From: Octopus bimaculoides
Taxonomy: Eukaryota
Assembly: GCF_001194135.2 (NCBI RefSeq)
Contig: NC_068986.1
Coordinates: forward strand, 42,782,527 to 42,825,366
DNA length: 42,840 bases
Reading direction: 5' to 3'
In this document: positions 1-11,651 of the stretch, one piece after another
Position numbering within the stretch: position 1 is the stretch's first letter
Layout: each line of letters starts with the position of its first letter
The notes under the pieces: generated by a model
Database searches by the model: none
Told to the model about the DNA's origin: nothing
What the model saw: the letters and a program-made list of their open reading frames with translations, nothing else
Translations under genes and position numbers: made by a program

Positions 1-30
1 TATATGTATATATATGTATATATATGTATA

Positions 31-62
<32 letters not shown>
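1..62. repeat. (TA)n / (TATATG)n microsatellite
   Basis: Direct reading of the sequence. Confidence 0.95.
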
Positions 63-69
<7 letters not shown>

Positions 70-582
70 AATAATTTAAATAGTTGTGTTCTCCAGCCGG
101 CAACATATACTGCAGTAGAGTATTCTATGCAGAATTGTTCCCGGAATTTTGCGCGCCGGAGCTGAGGCATTTTGAAAAATAGCCCCAATGTAATCGGTAG
201 AACTATATGCAAGTCTTATTTCATGAAGACAATTCGTGTATAGTTCTGCAAATTATATTGATTCTAGAACGTCTATGCTGATGAGAACACGGATGTTGTT
301 ACGTAAGTATGACGCTAATGTTCGAAACTGCAGTACATAGATAATTCATTATTGTGTATATTTCTCATTTATATGTATCTATAAATATATATGTATATAT
401 ATATGTGTGTGCGTGTGTATATATGTAGATGTGTGTGTGTGTACATGTATGTATCAATCTATGAATATATATATGTATATGCATCTATGAATATATATGT
501 ATATATATCTATGAAAACCGGTTAGAAAAAATCTTCATTAAATTATGCTCCCAGTTCAGCATTCTGGCTTTTTTTACATTTT

Positions 583-622
<40 letters not shown>

Positions 623-624
623 CA

Positions 625-662
<38 letters not shown>

Positions 663-706
663 ATATATATGTGTGTATCTATGTATATGAATCTCTGAAT
701 ATATAT

Positions 707-2290
707 GATTTGATTTGATCTAGTTTCAGTTCATGTCCCGTGGCCATGCCTGGGCACTGCCATTTGATGTTGCTACATAATTTTACTTAACTAATTCTTT
801 TTAGAAATAGACATTTGGTGCATGAGGGAGTTTGATGCCGCTGCCCTAATATGCACTTCTTGCTGTGAAGTTGGTTCATCTAGGACACTTTACAGTAAGA
901 GGTCTAGTTTCGTTTTGAATACACTTACGACCACTCCATGTAGGTCTCGCAGGCTGTTGCAATATCCTGTCTTCTGTATTGATGCCAAAATTGGAATCTT
1001 TCGCACTATTCAGTAGCACCCTGTTCTAGCATTAGTGTAACTCTCGATGCCAAAGTTTAGGACAAGTCCCTCCAGTATCTTCCAGATGTATATTATGGCC
1101 TATCCTTCCCTCCTACGCTCTAAGGAATAGTGTCACAATCTCTTAAGTCTTTCCCAATAGTTTATATGCTGAATAGAGGCTATCTTCTTTGTATAGCTTC
1201 TTTGGATTACCTAAAGTTCTGAAATTAATTTTTGCACTGGTTGATGACCAGAGCTTGGAGCAATCATGAAAGCAGCTTAGGACAAAATTCCTCCAGAGGA
1301 CCATCATGGTTTCCTGATCTCTCGATTTGAAAGTTCTGCATTTCATTACCAACTTAGCAACATGCACATGCAAGGATGCATCGTTACTCATGTAAACGCC
1401 CGGGTCTTGCACTGATTGTCTCTGGGATTGAAATCCCTCCAGGTCCAGTGTATTTAATTGGTATTGCGTTTAATTTTGCATGCTGATAGCATAGGGCTTC
1501 AAAATCTTCAGCATTAAACTGCAAGCTATTATTCTCAAACCAGTTGTAAATTTTATCGAACTCACATCGCGGGTGCATAGCGTCTTTTGTTTCATCTGCA
1601 TAACTTGTGATTGTAGCTCTCTGTGTGGTTGAGGGCATATCTGAGAGGGGTATTATGAACAGTAGCGGTCCCAAAACAGTGCCTTGCGGAACACTACTCA
1701 TGATTTGCGTGTCATTGGAGGTGGCACCATTGACTACTATCACCTGACTTCTATCCTTCAGAAAGCTATGCAGCTATTCTCTTAATTTTCCAACTTTGCT
1801 GAGATCACGCAGTTTGTGACATATCATTCTATGATCGACTTTATCGATGGCGTTTACAAAGTTGAGATATATCACATCCAGAATTGAGTGGTTCAGCTGC
1901 TGTTTTGACACCCAATCATAGTATTGTAAGAACTAAGCCAGGTAGCTTCTTCCTGATCGGTAACCATGCTGGGTGTCAGTCAGCAAGTCATTTTCCTCAA
2001 GGAAGGCGATTAGTTTTTTCTGACAATTCCTTCCGTGACTTTGCTGATGTGCGAGGTCAGAGAGATAGGTCTGTAGTTTCTGACCTCAGCTCTATTACCT
2101 ACTTTATGAATAGGGCATATTTTATCTTCCTTCAGCTTATTTGGAAGTTTGCCAGTTGTCAGTAAGGTCTGGAAGAGGGACTGCAGTGGTCTTGCTAGGA
2201 TTCACTTACATGCTTTTAGAACGATTACTGGGAATCCATCAAGGCCAGTAGATGAGTTCAGGTTCATTTCATGTATAGCCCTTCACAGTG
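707..2290 (-). mobile_element. CR1/L2-like LINE, 5'-truncated and decayed, covering the RT domain to the 3' end
   Basis: Minus-strand motifs in the expected order: SSTGLDGFP (about 2230-2260), YRPISLTSHISKV (about 2035-2075), GYRSGRS (about 1945-1965), DVIYLNFVNAIDKVDH (about 1830-1880), VPQGTVLGPLLFII and YADET (ORF 1384-1743), RTFKSRD..M..LW...VLS (ORF 1143-1412), IRAAASNSL (about 825-850). The 3' end has an (ATCAA)n-like tail at 707-720. Many stops and frameshifts. Confidence 0.88.
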
Positions 2291-2940
2291 AGAACAAACA
2301 GGATCCCACGTGACCATCGGCCATTTTTTTTCTTCTCCTAACTTGTGTTTCATTCTTTCTTCCAGTTGCAGATGGACAAGGAAGACGTATTCTTGTCTGT
2401 CTTCTGTCCAAGCCTGTTTCTTCGTGTTTGCAGCCACAACTTCGTTTAGGCTTAGCAGCCCTTCTTGGTTGTTTTCACTGTCCTGTTTTTGTCACCAAGT
2501 TTGACAAAATTCCCAAATTCCAAATTTTATCTAATTTGCTTTTCGGGAGCAACCGTTTTATCGAAGGCATATCTTGTCGTGAATTGCTCGAAATACGGAT
2601 TAGAAAAACAGTCGACAACTGATGAAGTGTCGTTCTGTATGCTGTTTGTCTTGCTTTCCCTTTGTTTCCTTCGTTGTTCGCAAAGGAAATTCATAATCTA
2701 TGTCCTCGAACTTCGTAGTTTTTGGTGTTTACGTTTTGTGACGTCTTGTGCCCATATATGCATATGTATATACGTATACTTGTAAGTATGTACGTATACG
2801 TATGTATATATATATGCATGCATATATATATATATATATATATATATTGTTTATATATATATATTGTTTATATTATTATTTGATTGAACGCCACGCATCC
2901 TTTTCCAAGTAAGTTTTATATATNNNNNNNNNNNNNNNNN

Positions 2941-2983
<43 letters not shown>

Positions 2984-3450
2984 CATGTGTATATGTATAT
3001 GTGTATATATACTCACACATACACACCTGCGCGCGCGTGTGTGCGAATGCGGGTATGTTGTATTTAATGGGAGATTAAAAGATGTAAATCTATAGTTTGT
3101 TTTAGTCAAGGGGGACATTTTAAGTTGCGATAAAAAAATGTTTATGCTTGGGAAGAAGTGATTGTATGAAACAGTTTAATGTTGTTTGTGTTGTTCATTA
3201 TTGCGCTGTTGTTTTTGACAGGAATCTGACAGAATTTCTAAAAGGAAATATTGTTATAGAAAAATAACTTTTCCCAAAATTTACCAACATTGTTCTTGTC
3301 ATAATTTTGGCAATCAATCACTAGCTGCCATACAAAATCATCCTAAACTACGAAACGACAAATGCATAAGTATATTCTAAATTGATAAATCACCTACTAA
3401 TTTTTTTTTTTTTTGTATTAACATTTGGTATTCATAATCGTAAAAAATAT

Positions 3451-3606
3451 GCTGTATGATGAAGAAGCTCACGTTGCAACCATGTGGTTTCACGTTCGAT
3501 CCCACTGCGTGGTACGTTGGGCAAGTATCTTCAAATTTCGTCCCAGGCTGATTAATTAATGCCTTGCGAGTGTATTTGGTTGACAGAGGTTCTGTGGAAG
3601 CCCGCC
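3451..3606 (+). mobile_element. SINE family 1 (tRNA head plus CORE-like block; OR1/OR2-like), degenerate 5' half
   Basis: GTTCGATCCCACTGCGTGGTACGTTGGGCAAGT matches the full copy at 7396-7804. Confidence 0.75.
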
Positions 3607-3741
3607 ACATAAAAATAGGCATACCACAACATACATAGTTTCGATTTACGTCTTTTTTGGCTTTACACCCGAAATTAATGGAAAAAATATTGTTATATTT
3701 CGGGATTGTCATTTCTATTTTTTCTTTGTTGCCAAATGAAC

Positions 3742-4023
3742 ACACGCACTATATATTCGTTTTTCATTCGTTTCTTATTGTTCTGTTGTTTTTTTTTATC
3801 GTATGTCCTTTGTCTGGAAATCTTCATCTGTGACGCTTCTGTGACTCTTCTGGCGATACGTCTCCTCTATAGACGATGAGAATGGACTAAACAGAACAGG
3901 AAGAGACACGTGAAATGGAAGAGTCACTGCGGAGGTTACGAATGTGTTTAAAGATTTCCAGACTATGTACATAAGATAAAATAAGAACAATAAACGAATG
4001 AAGAACGAATATATAGTGGGTGT
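3742..4023. mobile_element. Foldback/MITE-like element with about 110-bp imperfect terminal inverted repeats
   Basis: The left arm ACACGCACTATATATTCGTTTTTCATTCGTTT...GTCTGGAAATCTT...GTGACTCTTC is the reverse complement of the right arm GAAGAGTCAC...AAGATTTCCAGAC...AAACGAATGAAGAACGAATATATAGTGGGTGT. Confidence 0.75.
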
Positions 4024-4487
4024 ATTTATGTAGCAAAAAGAAGACAATTTCGAAGTATAACAGTATGTGTCAACACATAGTTTCACATCAAGAATTTTGC
4101 AAAACAAATTCATAAACGTAATGGGAAAAAAATAAGCAACAAATTCAACTAATTTATCATTTTATACGTCTCTGTGAACAAATTTAAAAGCATAAAAAAC
4201 TTTTTTTTAAAAAACCTCACCTAAATACCAGTTTTGAAAAGGAAAAAAGTAAAATAAAATACATGTGAAAATATGTAGAAACCCTCTATTAAGACGGATA
4301 TGAGCCAATATTTCTTAAAAGTTATTTCGTGTTACGTCACTTTTCGAGTTAAGTCGCTTGATTTGAACTCACCCATTAACTGACTAAATTGAGATATGCC
4401 TGTATACGCGCATACACACACAGAACACACACACAACAGACACACTCACACACACACACACACACACAAACACACACATATATACAT

Positions 4488-4640
4488 TTGGACAAGTGGT
4501 TAGCGTGTTGCACTCACAAGCGCGAGATCGTGGTTTTAATTCCTGGACCGGGTGGTGCGTTGTGTTCTTGAACAAAATACTTCATCTCACATTGCACTGC
4601 GATCATTTTGGCACTTGACGCGTGGTGCACCGTCTAACGT
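4488..4640 (+). mobile_element. SINE family 3 (tRNA head plus CORE-like block), partial
   Basis: Head AGTGGTTAGCGTG...TTAATTCCTGG followed by GCGTTGTGTTCTTGAACAAAATACTT, homologous to the copy at 31310-31609. Confidence 0.6.
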
Positions 4641-4776
4641 CGATCACTATACGCAAATCATTTGCGCAGTTAATTCGGCAAAAGCTGAACACTCATTTAT
4701 TGTCTTCGACGAGGAGTTACAGATTTTTTTCAGTCAGCAGTTATATTTTCAGGCGGGATTTTTCTCTGCTTTTAAT

Positions 4777-5030
4777 CTATTTGTTTAGGCGATTTGAACT
4801 TTTTGTACACCGTCTCATAAGAACTTTCCTCTCCCTGGAGATTTTGATCTTGTATACGGTGGCCTTTCTCTCCCGGACACATATGTAGCATATGACTTGC
4901 ATTACAGACATGAATTGTTGAAGTTTCATGTCGATGTCTGGTGAGGAGAGACATTTTAGCCAGTTTTGTTTACGGATCTCTTTCTCAATATGTTTCCAGT
5001 TTGCCTTATGTAAGTTCAACAGAAAATAAA
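4777..5030 (-). mobile_element. CR1/L2-like LINE fragment from the endonuclease-RT linker
   Basis: ORF 4777-5019 reads NLHKANWKHIEKEIRKQNW..., resembling the NF.KANW...DW motif just after the APE domain. It has the same strand and colinear order as 707-2290 and may be the same interrupted element. Confidence 0.65.
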
Positions 5031-5200
5031 CTAAATTTCGGACGCACTATACCTGTGAAAACAGTCTAGAAAATTGGGCAAACACTTCTAGAAGTATGTG
5101 TGTGTGTGTGTGAATTAACTAATAGTCATTTTAATCGATTGCACTCCTGCTCCAACACAAGTACAGTTACACACAAGAACATGGAGTGTACAGATTCAGA

Positions 5201-5336
5201 GAATAACCGGTAGATGGATACATTTACAAAGAATTCCAAACTTTAAAATCACATGCATTTATACTTCATATTTATTAAAAGTTTATTAATAAAACCAGAA
5301 AATGAAGAGGGATAATGGGAGATGAGAGATGAGGAT
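5201..5336. repeat. 136-bp insert flanked by the 9-bp direct repeat AGATTCAGA; inverted copy of 9361-9496
   Basis: 5202-5337 is the exact reverse complement of 9361-9496. AGATTCAGA occurs at 5192-5200 and 5337-5345. Confidence 0.9.
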
Positions 5337-5699
5337 AGATTCAGATAGACAGTGAGGCAGACAAAATTATACAGATTAGTGCTTTCGTTGTATTGCTCGA
5401 AACTGCCGCTTTACTTTGTTAGCATAATTCAGCTGCTGCACAATTTCATTGATAAACTGCTTTACCACGACACACATAAACGTACATACACAAATATTCA
5501 GTTTATCTCCTATACATTACAGTGTGAGCAATATATAAGAACTGTAATTATGGTTTCAAATCTTGGCACAAGGCCAGCAAGTTCGAGGGGTAGATGCCAT
5601 GACGGGTGAAATCACTGGGTCTTAATTCGAAGAATATTTTAAGCTACATTTTCAGCGCCACCTGGCTGTTGAACGAAATGCCTAGCCGACCGATGGAGA

Positions 5700-6090
5700 G
5701 CGACTGTAAACGCAATAATTTGAAGGAACTATATCAGGAGAATATGATGATTTCAGGAGTTCTTGAATAACATTTTTTGGGCCAGATTAACAGCGCGGGG
5801 GTGACGCACCCATCCAAGAAGCACGTCATGTCGCTGGTCAAGTTCTTTCAGGTGGATTGCCCTTAAGTGGAAGTGATGACGATATGAAGAGAGCACCTCA
5901 CCTGCTAGATAAAAATGTCCTAGTGCTTTAGAGCAGATACTCGTGGATAAGTTGGTTCAGTCAATCCACATTGAACTTACCAGGTTCGCGGTAAAGCAGA
6001 GAAGCTTTGAGATCGAATTGAGAAGTTTCGACAGGTTTGGAACCGTAGCTGAAGGCAAAGAGATGCAGATGTCGGAGATGCTCCATTTTC
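5700..6090 (+). pseudogene. Possible highly decayed Tx1/L1 ORF2 C-terminal fragment
   Basis: Weak peptide echoes (KELYQE, TFFGP, GGLPL, KFRQVW) of the Tx1 ORF2 tail at 14450-15200. Not a firm alignment. Confidence 0.25.
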
Positions 6091-6721
6091 TTTCAGTTAC
6101 TTGTATATATATATATATATNNNNNNNNNNNNNNNNNNNNNNNNNNNNNNNNNNNNNNNNNNNNNNNNNNNNNNNNNNNNNNNNNNNNNNNNNNNNNNNN
6201 NNNNNNNNNNNNNNNNNNNNNNNNNNNNNNNNNNNNNNNNNNNNNNNNNNNNNNNNNNNNNNNNNNNNNNNNNNNNNNNNNNNNNNNNNNNNNNNNNNNN
6301 NNNNNNNNNNNNNNNNNNNNNNNNNNNNNNNNNNNNNNNNNNNNNNNNNNNNNNNNNNNNNNNNNNNNNNNNNNNNNNNNNNNNNNNNNNNNNNNNNNNN
6401 NNNNNNNNNNNNNNNNNNNNNNNNNNNNNNNNNNNNNNNNNNNNNNNNNNNNNNNNNNNNNNNNNNNNNNNNNNNNNNNNNNNNNNNNNNNNNNNNNNNN
6501 NNNNNNNNNNNNNNNNNNNNNNNNNNNNNNNNNNNNNNNNNNNNNNNNNNNNNNNNNNNNNNNNNNNNNNNNNNNNNNNNNNNNNNNNNNNNNNNNNNNN
6601 NNNNNNNNNNNNNNNNNNNNNNNNNNNNNNNNNNNNNNNNNNNNNNNNNNNNNNNNNNNNNNNNNNNNNNNNNNNNNNNNNNNNNNNNNNNNNNNNNNNN
6701 NNNNNNNNNNNNNNNNNNNNN

Positions 6722-6756
<35 letters not shown>

Positions 6757-7168
6757 AGGCAGAGTAGTGTGATTTTAAAGAAATTTAACATATTTCTAAT
6801 CGGTCAAGTGACTCCAGACAAAGTTTTCCTCCATTGGCTTGAAAGCAAATTGATTGATTGACTGTTGTTGTTAGCTCCGCAGCGTCACAGACTGGAGAAA
6901 GCTATAAAAAGCGTTCGAGTCGTGACTCTCTTGTAAACTATTTCTCCAGAATATCTTTAATTTAAGATGATTTGCTATTTTCAGCAGATGAATAACGATT
7001 CCCAATCGTTGAACAAGGGACCAGGGGTTCACGTACATAGCAAAACACAACAAAGTGAATAATATCTAATTCAGTTATTACGTGTATACTTCAAATGTAA
7101 TTATTACACTGTACATATATTATGAACTTTATTTCTACTGTAACTATATTGTAATATATATAATACTG

Positions 7169-7384
7169 AGGCGGCAAGCTGGCAAAATTGTTAGCACGCC
7201 GGGCAAAATGTTTAATGGCATTTCGTCTGTCTTTACGTTCTGAGTCCAAATTCCGCCGGTGTGGGCTTTGTTTTTCATCGTTCCCGGATCGATAAATTAA
7301 GTACACGATGAGAACTGGGATCGATGTAATCTACTTAGCACCTACCCAGAAATGGATGGCTTGGTGCCAAACTTTGAAACTAAT
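7169..7384 (+). mobile_element. SINE family 2 (tRNA-like head, MetaSINE-like central block)
   Basis: A-box-like CTGGCAAAATTGTTAG, B-box-like GAGTCCAAATTCC, central TTTCATC...GATCGATAAATTAAGTAC. More than 15 copies in the window. The superfamily name is from memory and needs a library search. Confidence 0.85.
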
Positions 7385-7395
7385 ATATATATATA

Positions 7396-7804
7396 GGCGC
7401 AGGAGTGGCTGTGTGGTAAGTAGCTTGCTTACCAACCACATGGTTCCGGGTTCAGTCCCACTGCGTGGCACCTTGGGCAAGTGTCTCCTACTATAGCCTC
7501 GGGCCGACCAAAGCCTTGTGAGTGGACTTGGTAGACGGAAACTGAAAGAAGCCCGTCGTATATATGCATATATATATATATATATGTATGTGTGTTTGTG
7601 TGTCTGTGTTTGTCCCCCCACCATCGCTTGACAACCAATGCTGGTGTGTTTACGTCCCCGTAACTTAGCGGCTCGGCAAAAAGAGACCGATAGAATAAGT
7701 ACTAGGCTTATAAAAAATAAGTCCTCGGGTCGATTTTCTCGACTAAAGGCGGTGCTCCAGCATGGCCAGTCAAATGACTGAAACAAGTAAAAGAGTAAAA
7801 GAGT
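7396..7804 (+). mobile_element. SINE family 1, full-length copy with internal (TA)/(TG) microsatellite
   Basis: Head GGCGCAGGAGTGGCTGTGTGGTAAG...GGTTCAGTCCC, CORE-like GGCACCTTGGGCAAGTGTCT, microsatellite at about 7560-7610, 3' part ending CATGGCCAGTCAAATGACTGAAACAAG(TAAAAGAG)n. Confidence 0.88.
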
Positions 7805-9029
7805 ATATAATATCAAGAGGCACAGGAGGATATTCTTTTGTTTGTAAAATTACGTTTCACCTGATGATTACGGTCTTTTTTTTATGACTTACTCCATTAA
7901 ATCGGAAATTCGAACGCGTCAAACAGTAACAGTAGAGTGAAGTATCAGCCGACTTTCAATAACTATAAACTTGGCACCATGTATTTTTAGCTCTTTTCTT
8001 TTGTCTGTAAGCATATAAGGTTATTTCATCCATGTACACAGTTGCACACACACACACATACACAAACACACACAATGAATATGCACGTCTCGCGGTAGAA
8101 CTTCACAAATAAATCCAATAAATAATTTTAAAAAATTGAAGTAGAGCTAAGACAAAGCCAATGTGAAATGAAGAACGGAAATCGAAGAATTTCGAATATA
8201 TCATTCAACTACGGTAGTAGTTCAATATCATTCAACAATGGTAGTAGTTGAATAACATTCTTAAGGCCGCAATTTACACACATACCGCATTTTCAGAGCT
8301 TGTCAGTAATTCAGTTCTTAACCAAATGGAAAACCGCTAACATTTCTGAAGAGGACTGGTCCTAGCTACATTTTGGTGAAATGAAATTGAGATTTGGTCC
8401 CGTAGATAAAAGTTTACATCAAAATTTGTAGCGACGTTATAAGAGAGTAAGTAACGCCTTCAATCAAGTTTAGATTTAAATAGCTTTCTTATTTTAGAAG
8501 CAAAATATATTTATCTTAGCTTCAATGAAAGTGTGAAGAATTTCATAGTTTTTGTCCCATGCAACAAGAATTTGTATAAAAAAATTTGTGAGGTAAAATA
8601 TCATGGAAAAAATATAAGGCAAAAAATTGGATTTAAGTATAATTAACTATCTTATTTTAAAAACAAACTATATTTCAATTAAGCTTAAATGATAGAGCTC
8701 AATTCGAAGAATTTCATGGTATCAATCTCATGCAAAAAGTTATTAGTTTTTGGATCTCAAATTTGAGGGTGATAATATAGTTCTATACATTTTTTTTATG
8801 AATATGGTTCAAGGAAACTTTTAATATATGTCATCGGCATCATTGAGGTAAGGAAAAATTAACAACGACACCGCTAATTGATACATTTGAAACATTATTA
8901 ATTAGCACAATAGCATAGCCTGGACAAAACATGGATTATATGGAAAAATGCGAGCAAGAGAAATAATATTCTTAAGATTATATATGTGGAAAAGTACAGG
9001 ACAAGTTATTACATCTTGTAAAGTACACA

Positions 9030-9773
9030 AGAAAAGTTTAACTTAAAATATTGCAGCTAAGGATAAAATTTGAATATGAAAAATTATTTGATTTTAATTT
9101 ACAAACTAACATAATTAAAAAAGGTACCATCATTTTGTTAAAATATTGACATACTAGAATACTTAAAAAATGAAAGTCAGAAGTACCAGTATAGCTAAAG
9201 TTTTAAGCAAAAGTAGAACAATATATATGGTAGGCAAATTCATTATGTAAAAAATAAAAGCATTGTTCAAGACTAAAAATGTGAAAACTTGGCAATAACA
9301 CAGGCAATGACTCAAAATTTTACTGTGAATTTGTTGTTATAGGTAGATTCTACTGTAATATATCCTCATCTCTCATCTCCCATTATCCCTCTTCATTTTC
9401 TGGTTTTATTAATAAACTTTTAATAAATATGAAGTATAAATGCATGTGATTTTAAAGTTTGGAATTCTTTGTAAATGTATCCATCTACCGGTTATTATTC
9501 TATTTATTGTACTAATGATGTACTAATGTTATTTTATATAACCTATTTTCAAATTTCCAATTATTAATTAAGGATTAAAAAAAAGAATTTTTTGAAGTGC
9601 AAAAAATATTTTGAGTTCTTTTTTTATTTTTAAAAGAAGTAACAAGTAATAACAAATAGAAGTAATAACTTGTAATAAAATTTTTAGTTTTAATAAAAGC
9701 TAATACTTTCTAAATCATAATATTTTATTTGAAATTTGATCATCAGCTGCAATATTTTAAGTAAAACTTTTCT
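9030..9773. repeat. AT-rich segment bounded by a 29-bp inverted repeat (9030-9058 / 9745-9773)
   Basis: AGAAAAGTTTAACTTAAAATATTGCAGCT versus the reverse complement of AGCTGCAATATTTTAAGTAAAACTTTTCT, 1 mismatch. Confidence 0.55.
9361..9496. repeat. Partner and probable donor of the 136-bp inverted repeat
   Basis: Exact reverse complement of 5202-5337; no flanking direct repeat seen at this copy. Confidence 0.9.
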
Positions 9774-9889
9774 CCTGTAATTTACTAGATATAGTAACCT
9801 ACTGTTTTTTTTTCAACTTTTTTTTTTCAACTTTTCAAGATGAATATTATTTCTTCTGGTCGCATTTTTCCATGTAATAATTCAATATG

Positions 9890-10255
9890 TGTAGGAGAGA
9901 GTGAGAGAGAGAGTGAGCTAGGGTGTGTGTGTGTGTGTTTGTGTGTGAGAAAGAGAGAAAGAGAGAGAGAGAGAGCGTGTGTGGATTTCCGTTGGATTTT
10001 TGTGTGTATGTGCGCATGTATTTGATTATAGTTAGTCCTTATTTGTATATTTGTATATGTGTATATGTGTATGTGTATTATTGTGTGTGTGAGTGTATCG
10101 TGTGTATGTGTATAGGTGTATGTGTGGGGGAGCGTGTGAGAGAGAGAGACAAAATAGAATGTGTGTGAATTAGCAAATTACCGTTGGATTTTGTGTGTAT
10201 TTGTGCATGTGTATGCGTGTATGTGTGTGTATGTGTGCATGTGGTTGGTCCTTAT

Positions 10256-10298
<43 letters not shown>

Positions 10299-10300
10299 TT
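9890..10300. repeat. Compound (GA)n/(GT)n/(GTAT)n microsatellite tract
   Basis: Direct reading. Confidence 0.9.
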
Positions 10301-10619
10301 TATTAGCACGAACCTGTGAACCAGAGAATGTCTTGCCATTTGAATATCTTGTCATTTTTCTGCTCTTGCAGTTGGTCGTACTGTCATATTTCGGTGGCTA
10401 AACAAAGATAGTGCTTAAGTATGTCATCTTAATATCATAGATTGAATTTGAAGTCAATATTTGTAAGAGACAAGAAAAAGTGTGTGTNNNNNNNNNNNNN
10501 NNNNNNNNNNNNNNNNNNNNNNNNNNNNNNNNNNNNNNNNNNNNNNNNNNNNNNNNNNNNNNNNNNNNNNNNNNNNATATATAATGTGTGTGTGTGTGTG
10601 TGTGTGTATGGTTTTTTTT

Positions 10620-11090
10620 CACTCCTTTACTTGTTTTTGCCATTGGAGCACGGCTTTGCTGAGGCACCGACTACTCAAATGAATCAACTCAGTCTATCGG
10701 TCTCTTTTGGGGTAAAGCTAAGTTAGAGGGACGTAAATAAATTGACATCGTTTATCGAGAATTGGAGGACAAATGCTGACATGCACATACAAACAAACGA
10801 GTACACACACACACACACATAAAGCTACACACATGCACACACATACACACATACAAATATATACGGCGGGCTTTCACACAGTTTCTATCTACCAAATACA
10901 CTCGTGAGGCATTAGTCAGCATGGGTGTATATATATACTCTTTTTGCTCTTTTACTCTTTTATTTGTTTCAGTCATTTGACTGTGGCCATGCTGGAGCAC
11001 CGCCTTTTATTCGAGTTAACCAACCCCATGACTCATTCTTTGTAAGCCTAGTACTTATTCTATCGGTCTCTTTTGCCGAACCGCTAATTA
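10620..11090 (-). mobile_element. SINE family 1 fragments (two 3' parts and one 5' part)
   Basis: TACTCTTTTA..TGTTTCAGTCATTTGACTGTGGCCATGCTGGAGCACCGCC and CTATCGGTCTCTTTTG are reverse complements of the 7396-7804 copy. Confidence 0.8.
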
Positions 11091-11651
11091 TGTGTGTGTG
11101 TATGTATGTATGTATATGTATGTGTCTATGTATGTATGTATGTATGTATGTATATGTATGTGTCTATGTATGTATGTATATGTATGTATACATAATTATA
11201 TGCATAACTGCTTACGTATTCGTTAGCATGAGTGTGAGTGTGTGTGCATATGTGTTTGACTTCTTTTTATTGAAGTTGATTATCTCCATAGTCTGCCTCG
11301 ATCGTGATCATGCATGTATACTTTGGATTATGCACTCCTAGGTGTACATAGATAATCTTTTTTAGACAATATGATGTGATTTGAAAGTGATTTCGTTGCA
11401 ATTTTTAGCAGATCAAGAGACCACGAAGTAACTCTCAATTTGTTTTATATGTATGCTTAGGCATACAAAAATATCACACAAAGCGAGACGTAGAGTATTA
11501 AGCATGCCAAGAGATTCGTCTCTTTTAGCAAGGACACGTGCAGGGCTAAGACAGATATCAGGAGTGATTTCGATATCACTACGGGTAACTTTCACATAGT
11601 TGAAACGTGCGTAACTACATTTGTTTCTCCTTAACAATATGTGCACGAGCA

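Noticed and set aside
3796-4113. 105-aa minus-strand ORF with a good-looking splice acceptor near 3965
   Set aside because: It lies inside the 3742-4023 foldback element; the pyrimidine tract is one arm of the inverted repeat, and the peptide resembles nothing I recognise.
7396-7470. tRNA-like sequences at SINE heads (also 11652, 20650, 31540-31609, 33003)
   Set aside because: They have A/B-box-like motifs but no convincing cloverleaf, and they continue into SINE bodies, so they are not tRNA genes.
8198-8251. 27-bp unit repeated twice (ATATCATTCAAC...GGTAGTAGTT)
   Set aside because: Only two adjacent copies with no spacer; a simple slippage duplication, not a CRISPR-like array.
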